The notes below the pieces were generated by a model. The model had not been told where the DNA came from, made no database searches, and saw only the letters and a program-made list of their open reading frames with translations. Shown piece after piece: positions 18,345-26,705 of a DNA stretch of 32,000 nucleotides. Source of the DNA: Synechococcus sp. A15-24 (GTDB lineage: Bacteria > Cyanobacteriota > Cyanobacteriia > PCC-6307 > Cyanobiaceae). Within the stretch, counting starts at the first letter, position 1, and the number at the start of each line of letters is the position of its first letter. The DNA lies in the NCBI RefSeq assembly GCF_014280195.1, contig NZ_CP047960.1, positions 1,140,001 to 1,172,000 on the forward strand. The letters run 5' to 3'. The position numbers and the translations under genes were made by a program.

Positions 18345-19832
18345 ATGGGACAGAGCTCGTTCGTTATCCTTTATCACCGAACTCCTTTTGACGAGGCAAA
18401 AGATGCTCAAGGGAGCCAAATCTGGGTTGATCAGAAGAGTCCAAACGGCATCATTCCAACTTTAAGAAATCTCTTCAGGTCACGGAATGACGGCACCTGG
18501 ATTGCATGGCGTCGTGTTGATCATCCTGAAGAGATGGATGTTGAACGACTTGAGATGACCAACCCCTCTCCATTCGCATTGTGCAGGATTCCGCTAGCCG
18601 ATGAACAGATATCTAGCTTCTATCACATCACCTCAAAGGAATGCTTTTGGCCTATTCTTCATACTTTTCCGACTCATTTCAATGTCAACAATGCCAACTG
18701 GGGCATTTTTGAGGAAGTCAATAAGCGTTTCGCTGACGCAGCCTGTAATGAGGCCGCTGAAGGTGCCACAGTCTGGGTCCACGATTACAACCTCTGGCTT
18801 GCACCGGGTTACATCCGGCAGCAGCGTCCGGATTTAAAAATTGCCTTCTTCCATCACACTCCCTTTCCAGGTAACGACGTCTTCGCCATCCTTCCCTGGC
18901 GCGAACAAATTTTGGAAAGTCTGCTCTGTTGCGATGTAGTTGGCTTTCACATCCCGCGCTACACCGAGAATTTCGCCCGTGCTGCAAGCACCTTGGTGGG
19001 CGCCAAACGAGGTTCAAAAGTCTCTGTTGACCAGAAGTTCATCACAGTCGGCACGGCTCTTTCAGAAGGAACGGTCACGAGCCACCTGGATCACAACGGT
19101 CGACGCATTCAATTGCTGAGTTCTCCTGTTGGAACCTCACCCGATGTGATCCAGGAGCTGTCCTGGAGTGCATCCGTTGAAAGTTATGGAGAGATGATCG
19201 TCCAGGACACCAAGAAAGGACGCAAACTGATCCTTTCTGCAAGCCGGGTTGATTACACCAAAGGCAATGAAGAGTTACTGCTGGCCTTTGAACGCCTCCT
19301 CGAACGCCGAGAGGATCTCCATGGGGAAGTGGTACTGATGCTGGCCTGCGTGGCGGCCGCCAGCGGGATGAAGATTTACGAGGAGACGCAGCGCTCCATT
19401 GAGGAAATGGCCGGACGCATCAATGGTCGTTTCAGTCAGGTTGATTGGATTCCAGTGCGCTTCTCCACGCGGCGGATTCCTTACGACGAGATGGTGGCCT
19501 GGTTCTGCCATGCAGATGTCTGTTGGATCACACCGCTGCGGGATGGATTGAATCTTGTCGCCAAGGAATACGCCGCGGCACGTCGCCATCGCGGCGGTGT
19601 CCTCGTGCTTTCTGAATTCACCGGTGCGTCGGTGGTCCTGGAAGGGGCTGTCCTGACAAACCCTTATTCCAACCGTCGGATGGATGACGCCATCGAGGCC
19701 GCCCTGGCCATGCCGGAAGACGAACAACGCCAACGCATGGAGACCATGTCAGCCGCTGTTGAGGCTTACACCGTTCAGGACTGGGCCGAAGAACAGCTGG
19801 CAGGTTTTCCGGAAGTAGCCACCGTCGGCTGA
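18345..19832 (+). CDS. ggpS: Glucosylglycerol-phosphate synthase (GT20 family)
   Basis: Contains FVILYHRTPFDE, QKSPNGIIPTLRNLF, FYHITSKECFWPILHTFP, WVHDYNLWLAPGYIRQQRPDLKIAFFHHTPFP and ITPLRDGLNLVAKEY. These match my memory of Synechocystis GgpS very closely and distinguish it from OtsA. ATG 18345; the track ORF begins at TTG 18321. Confidence 0.9.
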   Translation: MGQSSFVILYHRTPFDEAKDAQGSQIWVDQKSPNGIIPTLRNLFRSRNDGTWIAWRRVDHPEEMDVERLEMTNPSPFALCRIPLADEQISSFYHITSKECFWPILHTFPTHFNVNNANWGIFEEVNKRFADAACNEAAEGATVWVHDYNLWLAPGYIRQQRPDLKIAFFHHTPFPGNDVFAILPWREQILESLLCCDVVGFHIPRYTENFARAASTLVGAKRGSKVSVDQKFITVGTALSEGTVTSHLDHNGRRIQLLSSPVGTSPDVIQELSWSASVESYGEMIVQDTKKGRKLILSASRVDYTKGNEELLLAFERLLERREDLHGEVVLMLACVAAASGMKIYEETQRSIEEMAGRINGRFSQVDWIPVRFSTRRIPYDEMVAWFCHADVCWITPLRDGLNLVAKEYAAARRHRGGVLVLSEFTGASVVLEGAVLTNPYSNRRMDDAIEAALAMPEDEQRQRMETMSAAVEAYTVQDWAEEQLAGFPEVATVG

Positions 19833-21094
19833 TGGTCTTTCGGCGCAGCTTGATCGCCCTTGGGCTCGGATTTGTCCTGCTCATGGGTGTCGCCTGGGGC
19901 CGTCAGCAGCAGGTGCAGTCGGTCACGATCCTGATGCCAGCCCCCTACGCCGATGCCACAGCGGCATTGGTGGATCGGTTCAACGATGACCACCGCGGGC
20001 GGATTCATCTCAGCATCAGCCGAGGCCCCCTGGAAACGGAATCCATTTCCGATCTGGCCATCAGCAGCCTCCTGCTGGGTTCCCCCCCCTTTGATGCACT
20101 GCTGGTGGATGTGACCTGGCTGCCGAAGTATGTGGCCGCCGGATGGCTTGAACCCTTGGATCCATGGTTTGACCAGGCTGATGAAGACGACCTCGTGGCG
20201 GGAGCCAGACTTGGCAACTGGGTGGACGGAGCGTTGTACCGCTGGCCATTGGGTGCCGATGTTGGACTTCTTTACTGGCGTACAGACCTGATGCCAAGCC
20301 CACCCACGACGCCGGATGAACTCACCGCCGTGGTGAGCAAGCTGCAGGAGGAGGGTCGCGCATCCCAGGGGTTTGTCTGGCAAGGCCGGCAGTACGAAGG
20401 GCTCAGCTGCGACTTTGTGGAACTGCTGCAGGCCTTTGGTGGGTCATGGATCAACCCCACCACCGGCGAACCGAATCTCGACAGCCCTGCGGCGAGGCAA
20501 ACCGCGACCTGGATGAGCGATCTGATCAGCAATGGCTTCAGTCCCCGGGCCGTCACCAACTACGCCGAGTCGGAATCGCTGCAGGCCTTCAAGGCCGGTG
20601 ACGCAGCACTGATGCGCAACTGGCCTTACGCCTGGTCGGAGTTGCAGAGAAACGACAGTGCTGTGAAGGGCCGGGTCGGCGTCACCACGATGGTGGCCTT
20701 GCCGGGGGAGACTCCCGCCGCCACCCTCGGGAGCTGGGGATTGAGCATGTTGCGGGAGACGCCCCATCCCTCAGCGACAGCTGAAGCGATCCGCTACCTC
20801 ACCAGTCAGGACGCCCAACGGGAGCGCTTTCTGAACCAGGGCTACACCCCCACCGCACGAGCGCTCTTCCGTGATCCTGAATTGGTCCAACGGTCACCGG
20901 TCTTACCCGAGTTGGAGAAGGCCCTGGATCATGCGGTCCCACGCCCGATGTCTCCGCTCTATGCCCAGATGAGCGATGTGCTGCAGCGTCAGCTGAGCGG
21001 AATCTTCACAGGTGATCTTGATCCGGATGAAGGGATGGCTCAGGCCCAGGCCTCAACCATCACCCTGTTCCGATCCGCTGGGGGCAAGGCATGA
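19832..21094 (+). CDS. ggtB: ABC transporter substrate-binding protein, sugar (CUT1) family; probable glucosylglycerol/compatible-solute binding protein
   Basis: N-terminal signal peptide (MVFRRSLIALGLGFVLLMGVAWG). Family-1 extracellular solute-binding features, including a WPYAWSE-type region. The start overlaps the ggpS stop (TGATG). Substrate is inferred only from linkage to ggpS. Confidence 0.8.
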   Translation: MVFRRSLIALGLGFVLLMGVAWGRQQQVQSVTILMPAPYADATAALVDRFNDDHRGRIHLSISRGPLETESISDLAISSLLLGSPPFDALLVDVTWLPKYVAAGWLEPLDPWFDQADEDDLVAGARLGNWVDGALYRWPLGADVGLLYWRTDLMPSPPTTPDELTAVVSKLQEEGRASQGFVWQGRQYEGLSCDFVELLQAFGGSWINPTTGEPNLDSPAARQTATWMSDLISNGFSPRAVTNYAESESLQAFKAGDAALMRNWPYAWSELQRNDSAVKGRVGVTTMVALPGETPAATLGSWGLSMLRETPHPSATAEAIRYLTSQDAQRERFLNQGYTPTARALFRDPELVQRSPVLPELEKALDHAVPRPMSPLYAQMSDVLQRQLSGIFTGDLDPDEGMAQAQASTITLFRSAGGKA

Positions 21095-21957
21095 CCGTGC
21101 TGTTGCTGCTGCCGGCTTTGCTGCTGATGGGTCTGGTCTTCGTTTGGCCCATGCTCCGCTACGGCTGGCTGAGTTTCCACGCCGATTCCGTGTTGACCGG
21201 TCTGAATCCTGTGGCCAATGGCGGGGCAAATTGGATTCGCTTGCTGGACGACCAGCGCTTCTGGCAGGACGCGCTGCAGACAACACGCTTTGCCGGGGTG
21301 TCCGTTGGGCTTGAACTAGTCCTCGCCCTGGCAATCGCGCTGTTGCTGGATCAACGATGGCGGGGGCGGGGCGTGGTGCGGGCCCTGGCCCTGCTGCCCT
21401 GGGCACTCCCCACCACGATGATGGCCCTCGGGTGGCGTTGGATCTTCAATACGCCCTATGGCCCGTTGGAACGCCTCGCTGAGGTTGTGGGTCTGGGACC
21501 ACTCAATCTCTTGTCCACACCGGCATCGACCTGGCTGGTGACTGTTGTGGCCGATGTCTGGAAGACAACGCCTTTCATTGCACTGCTGTTGCTGGCTGGA
21601 TTGCAGACCATTCCCGAGGATCTCTACAGCGCCTTCCGTCTCGAGGGCGGACGGCCGCATCAGGCCTTGATGAGCATCACCCTGCCGTTGTTGATGCCCT
21701 ACGTCTTGATTGCCCTGCTGTTCCGCGGTGCCCAGGCCTTCGGCGTTTTTGATCTGATTCAGGTTCTCACTGGAGGTGGGCCAGCCGGAAGCACCGAGAG
21801 CGTCGCGCTGTATGCCTTCCTCAATGCCATGCGCTTCCTCGATTTCGGCTACAGCTCCACAGTGATGCTGGCAGGGTTCCTGCTGCTCACGCTGGCGGTA
21901 CTGGCCCTGGCGATGCTTCTGCGCCTGGGTGGGTTGATCAGGCCGGTGCAGTCATGA
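21091..21957 (+). CDS. ggtC: Sugar ABC transporter permease (MalF-like)
   Basis: Protein with 6 predicted TM helices and the EAA-type loop IPEDLYSAFRLEGGRPHQALMSITLP. ATGA overlap with the upstream gene. Confidence 0.8.
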   Translation: MTVLLLLPALLLMGLVFVWPMLRYGWLSFHADSVLTGLNPVANGGANWIRLLDDQRFWQDALQTTRFAGVSVGLELVLALAIALLLDQRWRGRGVVRALALLPWALPTTMMALGWRWIFNTPYGPLERLAEVVGLGPLNLLSTPASTWLVTVVADVWKTTPFIALLLLAGLQTIPEDLYSAFRLEGGRPHQALMSITLPLLMPYVLIALLFRGAQAFGVFDLIQVLTGGGPAGSTESVALYAFLNAMRFLDFGYSSTVMLAGFLLLTLAVLALAMLLRLGGLIRPVQS

Positions 21958-22772
21958 ATCGCCGTTTCGTGCCCTGGATCAGCCTGCTGTTGCTGTGGTC
22001 GCTGCTGCCGATGCTCTGGCAGCTGATCAGCTCCTTGTCCACTGCAGAAGCTCTGGTGGATGGATCGATTCCGCTTTTGAAGCGTTGGACCTTGGTCCAC
22101 TACCAAGAGCTGTGGGCAAGCGACCCTCCCTTCTTGCGCTACCTGCTCAACAGTGCCGTCGTCAGCGGACTCACCACGCTGATCACGCTTGTTCTGGCCA
22201 TTCCAGCTGCCTATGGCCTGGCCAGAGTCCCCCAACAGCTGCGTCAGCTGCTGCGTTGGATCACCGCTGGAGCTGCTCTGTTCCCATACGTCCTGCTGTT
22301 TCTGGCATTGCTGGAGCTGGCCCGTCGCTTTGCACTTGGTAACAACCTCATCGCCTTGGCCGTGCCTTACGCAGGGTTGGCAATGCCCCTGGCCCTGCTG
22401 TTGCTCACCTCTGCCTTTGAAGGCTTACCCAGGGAATTGGAAGATGCCGCCCGTTTGGAGGGTCTGAGCCTGTGGCAGCGTCTCCGTTGGGTGCTGGTGC
22501 CCCTGCTGGCTCCAGCCACCGCCAGCACAGCCATCCTGGTGTTTCTTTTCGCCTGGAATGAATACCCCATCGCCTTGACCTGGCTCAGCCGAGATGACCT
22601 GCTGACCCTTCCGGTGGCGATGGCCCGGATTGCCGGATCATCGATTTATTCCATTCCCTACGGCGCCTATGCCGCCGCCACCGTGCTGGGGTCGATTCCT
22701 CTGTTGCTTCTGGTGCTGATCTGTCAGCGTCAGATCGTATCCGGGCTGACCAACGGAGCAATCAAAGGCTGA
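21954..22772 (+). CDS. ggtD: Sugar ABC transporter permease (MalG-like)
   Basis: Multi-TM protein with the EAA loop LPRELEDAARLEGLSLWQRLRWVLVP. ATGA overlap with the upstream gene. Confidence 0.8.
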   Translation: MNRRFVPWISLLLLWSLLPMLWQLISSLSTAEALVDGSIPLLKRWTLVHYQELWASDPPFLRYLLNSAVVSGLTTLITLVLAIPAAYGLARVPQQLRQLLRWITAGAALFPYVLLFLALLELARRFALGNNLIALAVPYAGLAMPLALLLLTSAFEGLPRELEDAARLEGLSLWQRLRWVLVPLLAPATASTAILVFLFAWNEYPIALTWLSRDDLLTLPVAMARIAGSSIYSIPYGAYAAATVLGSIPLLLLVLICQRQIVSGLTNGAIKG

Positions 22773-23743
22773 TGTTGCATCTCAACGGGCTCGGCAAACG
22801 CTTCGGAGACCAGTGGATCCTGCGGGATCTCAACCTGCAGGTCCGTGAAGGTGAATGTGTCGCGCTGCTGGGTCCCAGCGGTTGTGGCAAAAGCACGGCC
22901 CTGCGATTGATCGCCGGGTTAGAGCGGCAGGACGAGGGATCGATTGAACTTGATGGTGCTCGCCTGGACACCATCCCAGCGGAACGCCGTCGCATCGCCA
23001 TGGTGTTCCAGAGCTATGCGCTGTTTCCTCACCTGAGCGTTCGGGAGAACCTCACTCTAGGGCTGAAGATCCGTGGTGTTGCCCCCGCTCTACGCCAACA
23101 ACGGATCAACTCGGTTCTGGACACGGTGCGACTGAGTGAGATGGCCGATCGACGTCCCCAGCAGCTCTCCGGGGGCCAGCGTCAACGGGTTGCACTGGCC
23201 AGAGCACTACTTCGTGATCCACGCGTTTACCTGCTGGATGAACCGATGAGCAACCTGGATGCACAGTTGCGCGATGAGCTGCGTCCGGAACTACGCCAAC
23301 TGATCCTGCAGGGATCGCAACCTGTGGTGTACGTCACCCACGACCAGCAGGAGGCGATGGCTCTGGCCAACCGCATCGCGGTCCTCAAGGGGGGACGCAT
23401 CGAACAGATCGGAACCCCTGAAGAGCTCTACAAAACTCCGGCCAGCTGCTTTGTCGCCAGCTTCATCGGCCGTCCCCAGATCAATCTGCTGAACATTGAT
23501 CAACAGCTCACGATCGGCATTCGACCGGAAGACCTTCGCTTCGATGTCGAGGGGATGCCCTGCCGTTTGATCAGCCGTGAATGGCAAGGCGCGAGCCAAT
23601 TGTTGTTGCTGGACAGCCCGCGTGGTGCGTTGCGAATGCTTTGTTCTGGTGATGCCGCCCTGGGCGAGTCCTTATCAGTGAGCTGGCCGACCCGTGCTGA
23701 GCATCGCTTTGATGCCAGCAGTGGACGTCGGCTGGCTGGATGA
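22772..23743 (+). CDS. ggtA: Sugar ABC transporter ATP-binding protein (MalK/UgpC-like)
   Basis: Walker [10 protein letters not shown], signature LSGGQRQRVALARAL, Walker B YLLDEPMSNLD, and a C-terminal MalK-type regulatory domain. TGATG overlap with the upstream permease. Confidence 0.85.
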   Translation: MLHLNGLGKRFGDQWILRDLNLQVREGECVALLGPSGCGKSTALRLIAGLERQDEGSIELDGARLDTIPAERRRIAMVFQSYALFPHLSVRENLTLGLKIRGVAPALRQQRINSVLDTVRLSEMADRRPQQLSGGQRQRVALARALLRDPRVYLLDEPMSNLDAQLRDELRPELRQLILQGSQPVVYVTHDQQEAMALANRIAVLKGGRIEQIGTPEELYKTPASCFVASFIGRPQINLLNIDQQLTIGIRPEDLRFDVEGMPCRLISREWQGASQLLLLDSPRGALRMLCSGDAALGESLSVSWPTRAEHRFDASSGRRLAG

Positions 23744-25606
23744 CTCCCGAACGAACTCCGATCCTCTTCTGCGGCCTGAGATCCCTCGGGCAGGCCTGCC
23801 TGAAACGACTGTTGGAATTCGATCATCCTCTCGTCTGCATCGATCAGCAGCCCCCCAATGGCAATCAGCTGAGCTTCGAACTGCTCTGAAAGAGGGGGTG
23901 ATTCTCGGTGACATGCGTCTCCCCTCCACCTTGAAAGCCGCAGGCGTTCAACGGGCCCGGAGCGTGCTGATCCTCAGCTCAGACAACACCATCAATCTGG
24001 AAACGGCGCTGCAAGTTCGGCTTCTTAATCACAACGCCACCGTTGTCGTTCGCTCCAGCAGCCAGCAAGGGGATCTGAACCGTCTGCTGGAACGACGCTT
24101 CACCAATCTGATCACCGTGGATCCCCAGTTGCTCACTGCTGGTGCGATCGCACAGACAATGCGCAAGGACGCTCACCCGGCGACGTTCCGTGTGGATGGC
24201 GTCAGGATTCGTCTGGGCCGCAGCACCAGTCTTGGTGTCCAACGCCCCTTACAGCTCGAGGCTGGAGATCTGCCAACAACGGTCAATCCGATGATGGTTC
24301 AGGTCGATGACAGCATTCGACGGAGGCATCGGCAGCAACTGAACAGCCGCTGGATCCGACTGGTCGATGCCGTCGCATCAAGCCTGCGCGACCGCTGGGC
24401 GCAGATCATCACGAGAGTCTTCCATCCGACCCTGCTGGAGATCACGCTGGCCCTGGCCGATCTGCTGATCCTGCTTGGACTGATGGTCTACGGGCAGAGC
24501 TACGGCACCCGCAGCTGCTATTCGCCACCTTCGGCCTGCTGAAGGGTGAATTCGTGGATCCGGTGAATGTGCTGATCGAAGCGAGCGATGGCGATGTGCG
24601 CTCACTGCCGGTCAGCACGTTGGTGCTGACGCTGATCTATGCCCTGTTCGGCACGCTGCTGACCTCGGCGGTGATGGCCTTCATGACCGAACAACTTCTG
24701 AGCAACCGCCTTGGATTGCGTCGTCGACGGCCCCCTCGTCGGAACAGTTCCATGGTGTTGGTGATGGACGGCAAGCACCTCGGCAACCGTGTGGCCGAAC
24801 GCCTGCAAGGCGACAACCTGTCGATCGTTCGAGTTCACCAGTCCGACCATGGCGAGGGCGTTTCCCTCGAAACTGCCCTGCGCTGGAGACGGCGCACACC
24901 ACTGCAGGGGGGCGCTCTTCTCTCCAGAGACCTGATGGCCAATCTGCGACTGGTCCTGGAACTGCAGGAGCAACATCCGCAGGCACGTCTCGTGATCGCC
25001 ACCAAGCATCTGCCGGGTGCCGATGCTCTCGGCGACCTTCTCGGGGGGATCACCGTCATCGAGTCGGTTGGCATTGCCGCTGATGCCCTGGTGGCAACGG
25101 CCTTTGGCGAAGAAGTGAGGGAAATCCGCCGGGTGGATGGCAGCAATCTGATGCTGGTGCGCTATCCGATCGGTGCCAAAGATATTTTGCATGACCTCAG
25201 CGTCTCCAGACTGCAGTGTGGATACGGAGTGACCGTGCTGGCTGTTCGACGCTCGGGGGCAGCCTCCTGGCAGCTGCTTCCCAAGCTGGAGTGGCCCTTG
25301 AACAAAGGAGAAGAAGCACTGGTTCTGGCCGATATAAAGGGACTTCGTCGGGTCGAGCAGGGGGCAGCGATCTGCCCCCGCTGGCGCGTTCGCTTCCGGG
25401 TGATTGAGCACAGCGTGCAGGCCTTCGACACGCAACAGTGCCTGGCGCGCCACTTGAACATGCCTCCCGGTCAGTTCAAGGGTCTGATTAATGGCGAGCA
25501 GCATCTCACTCCACCGATGGATCATGACCTGGCCAAGCAGTTGATGCAGGCCCTGCGCCGCATCGCTGTCGAGTCGACACTCGAGGAGTCGGCAACGGCT
25601 GGATAA
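23740..25606 (+). pseudogene. RCK/TrkA-domain two-TM channel-like protein, interrupted by two apparent -1 frameshifts
   Basis: The coding signal runs across three frames. Frame 1 (23740-23889) encodes MTPERTPILFCGLRSLGQACLKRLLEFDHPLVCIDQQPP, the first beta-alpha-beta of a TrkA_N Rossmann fold. Frame 0 (from about 23856 to 24542) encodes ...KEGVILGDMRLPSTLKAAGVQRARSVLILSSDNTINLETALQVRLLN..., the rest of TrkA_N, then the TM helix LLEITLALADLLILLGLMVYG. Frame 2 (from about 24509 to 25606) encodes LLFATFGLLKGEF, a second TM helix LPVSTLVLTLIYALFGTLLTSAVMAFM, a second degenerate RCK_N domain and a TrkA_C-like domain (MLVRYPIGAKDILHDLSVSRLQCGYGVTVLAVRR...EEALVLADIKGLRRVE). Adding one base at each junction would give a single ORF of about 622 aa. 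Confidence 0.75.
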
Positions 25607-25667
25607 CCGAGGCTTAACCCCACGGGATTCAGCAAACCGCATCATTAGGGCACATTTCTCAACTCCG

Positions 25668-26705
25668 ATGGGGTCCCGTTTCGCGCTCCGTTCGTTCCTT
25701 GTGATTGCAGGGTGCAGCGCTTTGATTGGGTTAGCTGCCAGCTCCTCAGAGGGTGCTAACACCATCCGCATCAGTGGATCCAGCACCGTATTCCCGATCA
25801 CCAAGGCCGCGACTCAGGGATATCGAACAACAGGTCAGGGCAAATCTGTTGACTTTGACATCAAGGAAACAGGATCAACGGCAGGGTTTCGAGAATTCTG
25901 TAATGGCAACATTCCACTGGCCAACGCATCGCGACCGATCTCCGGCAAAGAGCTGAAACGTTGCGCGGAGAACGGCATCAATTTCATTGAACTTCCCATC
26001 GCCTTTGATGCCATCACCGTGGTGGTCAACCCAGGCAATGACTGGTCACGATCAATGACCGTCAACGAACTCTCCAGGCTTTGGAACAAGAGTGCCCAAG
26101 GAACCATCAACCGCTGGAATCAGGTGAATCTTGATTATCCAGATCAGCCCATCAAATTATGTGGGCCTGGCAATGACTCAGGCACTTATGATGTTTTCAA
26201 CAAAACTGTTAATGGTGCTAAAACAAACTCAAGGACGGATTACTTAGCCAGAGAAGACGATAACGAATTGGTGAAGTGCGTTGCCGATAACCGGCAAGCT
26301 CTGGCCTATTTTGGCTATGCCTACTATAAAAACAACACAGACAAACTAAAGGCAGTCAAAATTGTCAACCCAAAAGACAACGCCGTCATGCCCTCTGTCA
26401 AGAGTGTGCAAAATGAAAAATATCGCCCTCTTTCCCGCCCACTCTTTCTCTACATCAATGATCAGTCGCTGAGAAACAACAAACCCTTCAGGCAATTCAT
26501 CAGCTATTACCTGCGCAACATCAGCTCTCTTGTAACCACGAGCAACTACATCCCGTTGCCGGACGCCACATATCGACTCGTCGATTCAAAAAAATACCGC
26601 CACATCCTGGGCACCAGTTTTGGGGGCAATCTGCCAGTTGGCCTCACCATCGGTCAGGCCATTGACCGCAGCTTTGATCAGCACAAAACTGAATATCACC
26701 GCTGA
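25668..26705 (+). CDS. PstS-family phosphate-binding periplasmic lipoprotein (orphan, no adjacent permease)
   Basis: Contains IRISGSSTVFPI, ETGSTAGF, ANASRPI and GPGNDSGTYDVF, which are PBP-like-2/PstS-family motifs. The N-terminus MGSRFALRSFLVIAGCSAL carries a lipobox (IAGC). Confidence 0.85.
   Translation: MGSRFALRSFLVIAGCSALIGLAASSSEGANTIRISGSSTVFPITKAATQGYRTTGQGKSVDFDIKETGSTAGFREFCNGNIPLANASRPISGKELKRCAENGINFIELPIAFDAITVVVNPGNDWSRSMTVNELSRLWNKSAQGTINRWNQVNLDYPDQPIKLCGPGNDSGTYDVFNKTVNGAKTNSRTDYLAREDDNELVKCVADNRQALAYFGYAYYKNNTDKLKAVKIVNPKDNAVMPSVKSVQNEKYRPLSRPLFLYINDQSLRNNKPFRQFISYYLRNISSLVTTSNYIPLPDATYRLVDSKKYRHILGTSFGGNLPVGLTIGQAIDRSFDQHKTEYHR

Noticed and set aside
25613-25620. CTTAACCC 8-mer upstream of the PstS-like gene as a possible Pho box
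   Set aside because: There is only a single unit. The positions 11 and 22 bp downstream (GGGATTCA, AACCGCAT) do not resemble the repeat, so a tandem PhoB site is not supported.
24602-25804. 400-aa ORF on the minus strand, the longest unexplained ORF in the track
   Set aside because: It lies antisense to the RCK_N/TrkA_C-encoding part of the channel-like gene and to the 5' end of the PstS-like gene. Its translation is Arg/Gly/Gln/His-rich with no recognisable motif. Long shadow ORFs are expected in high-GC DNA. The plus-strand frames carry clear domain signatures.
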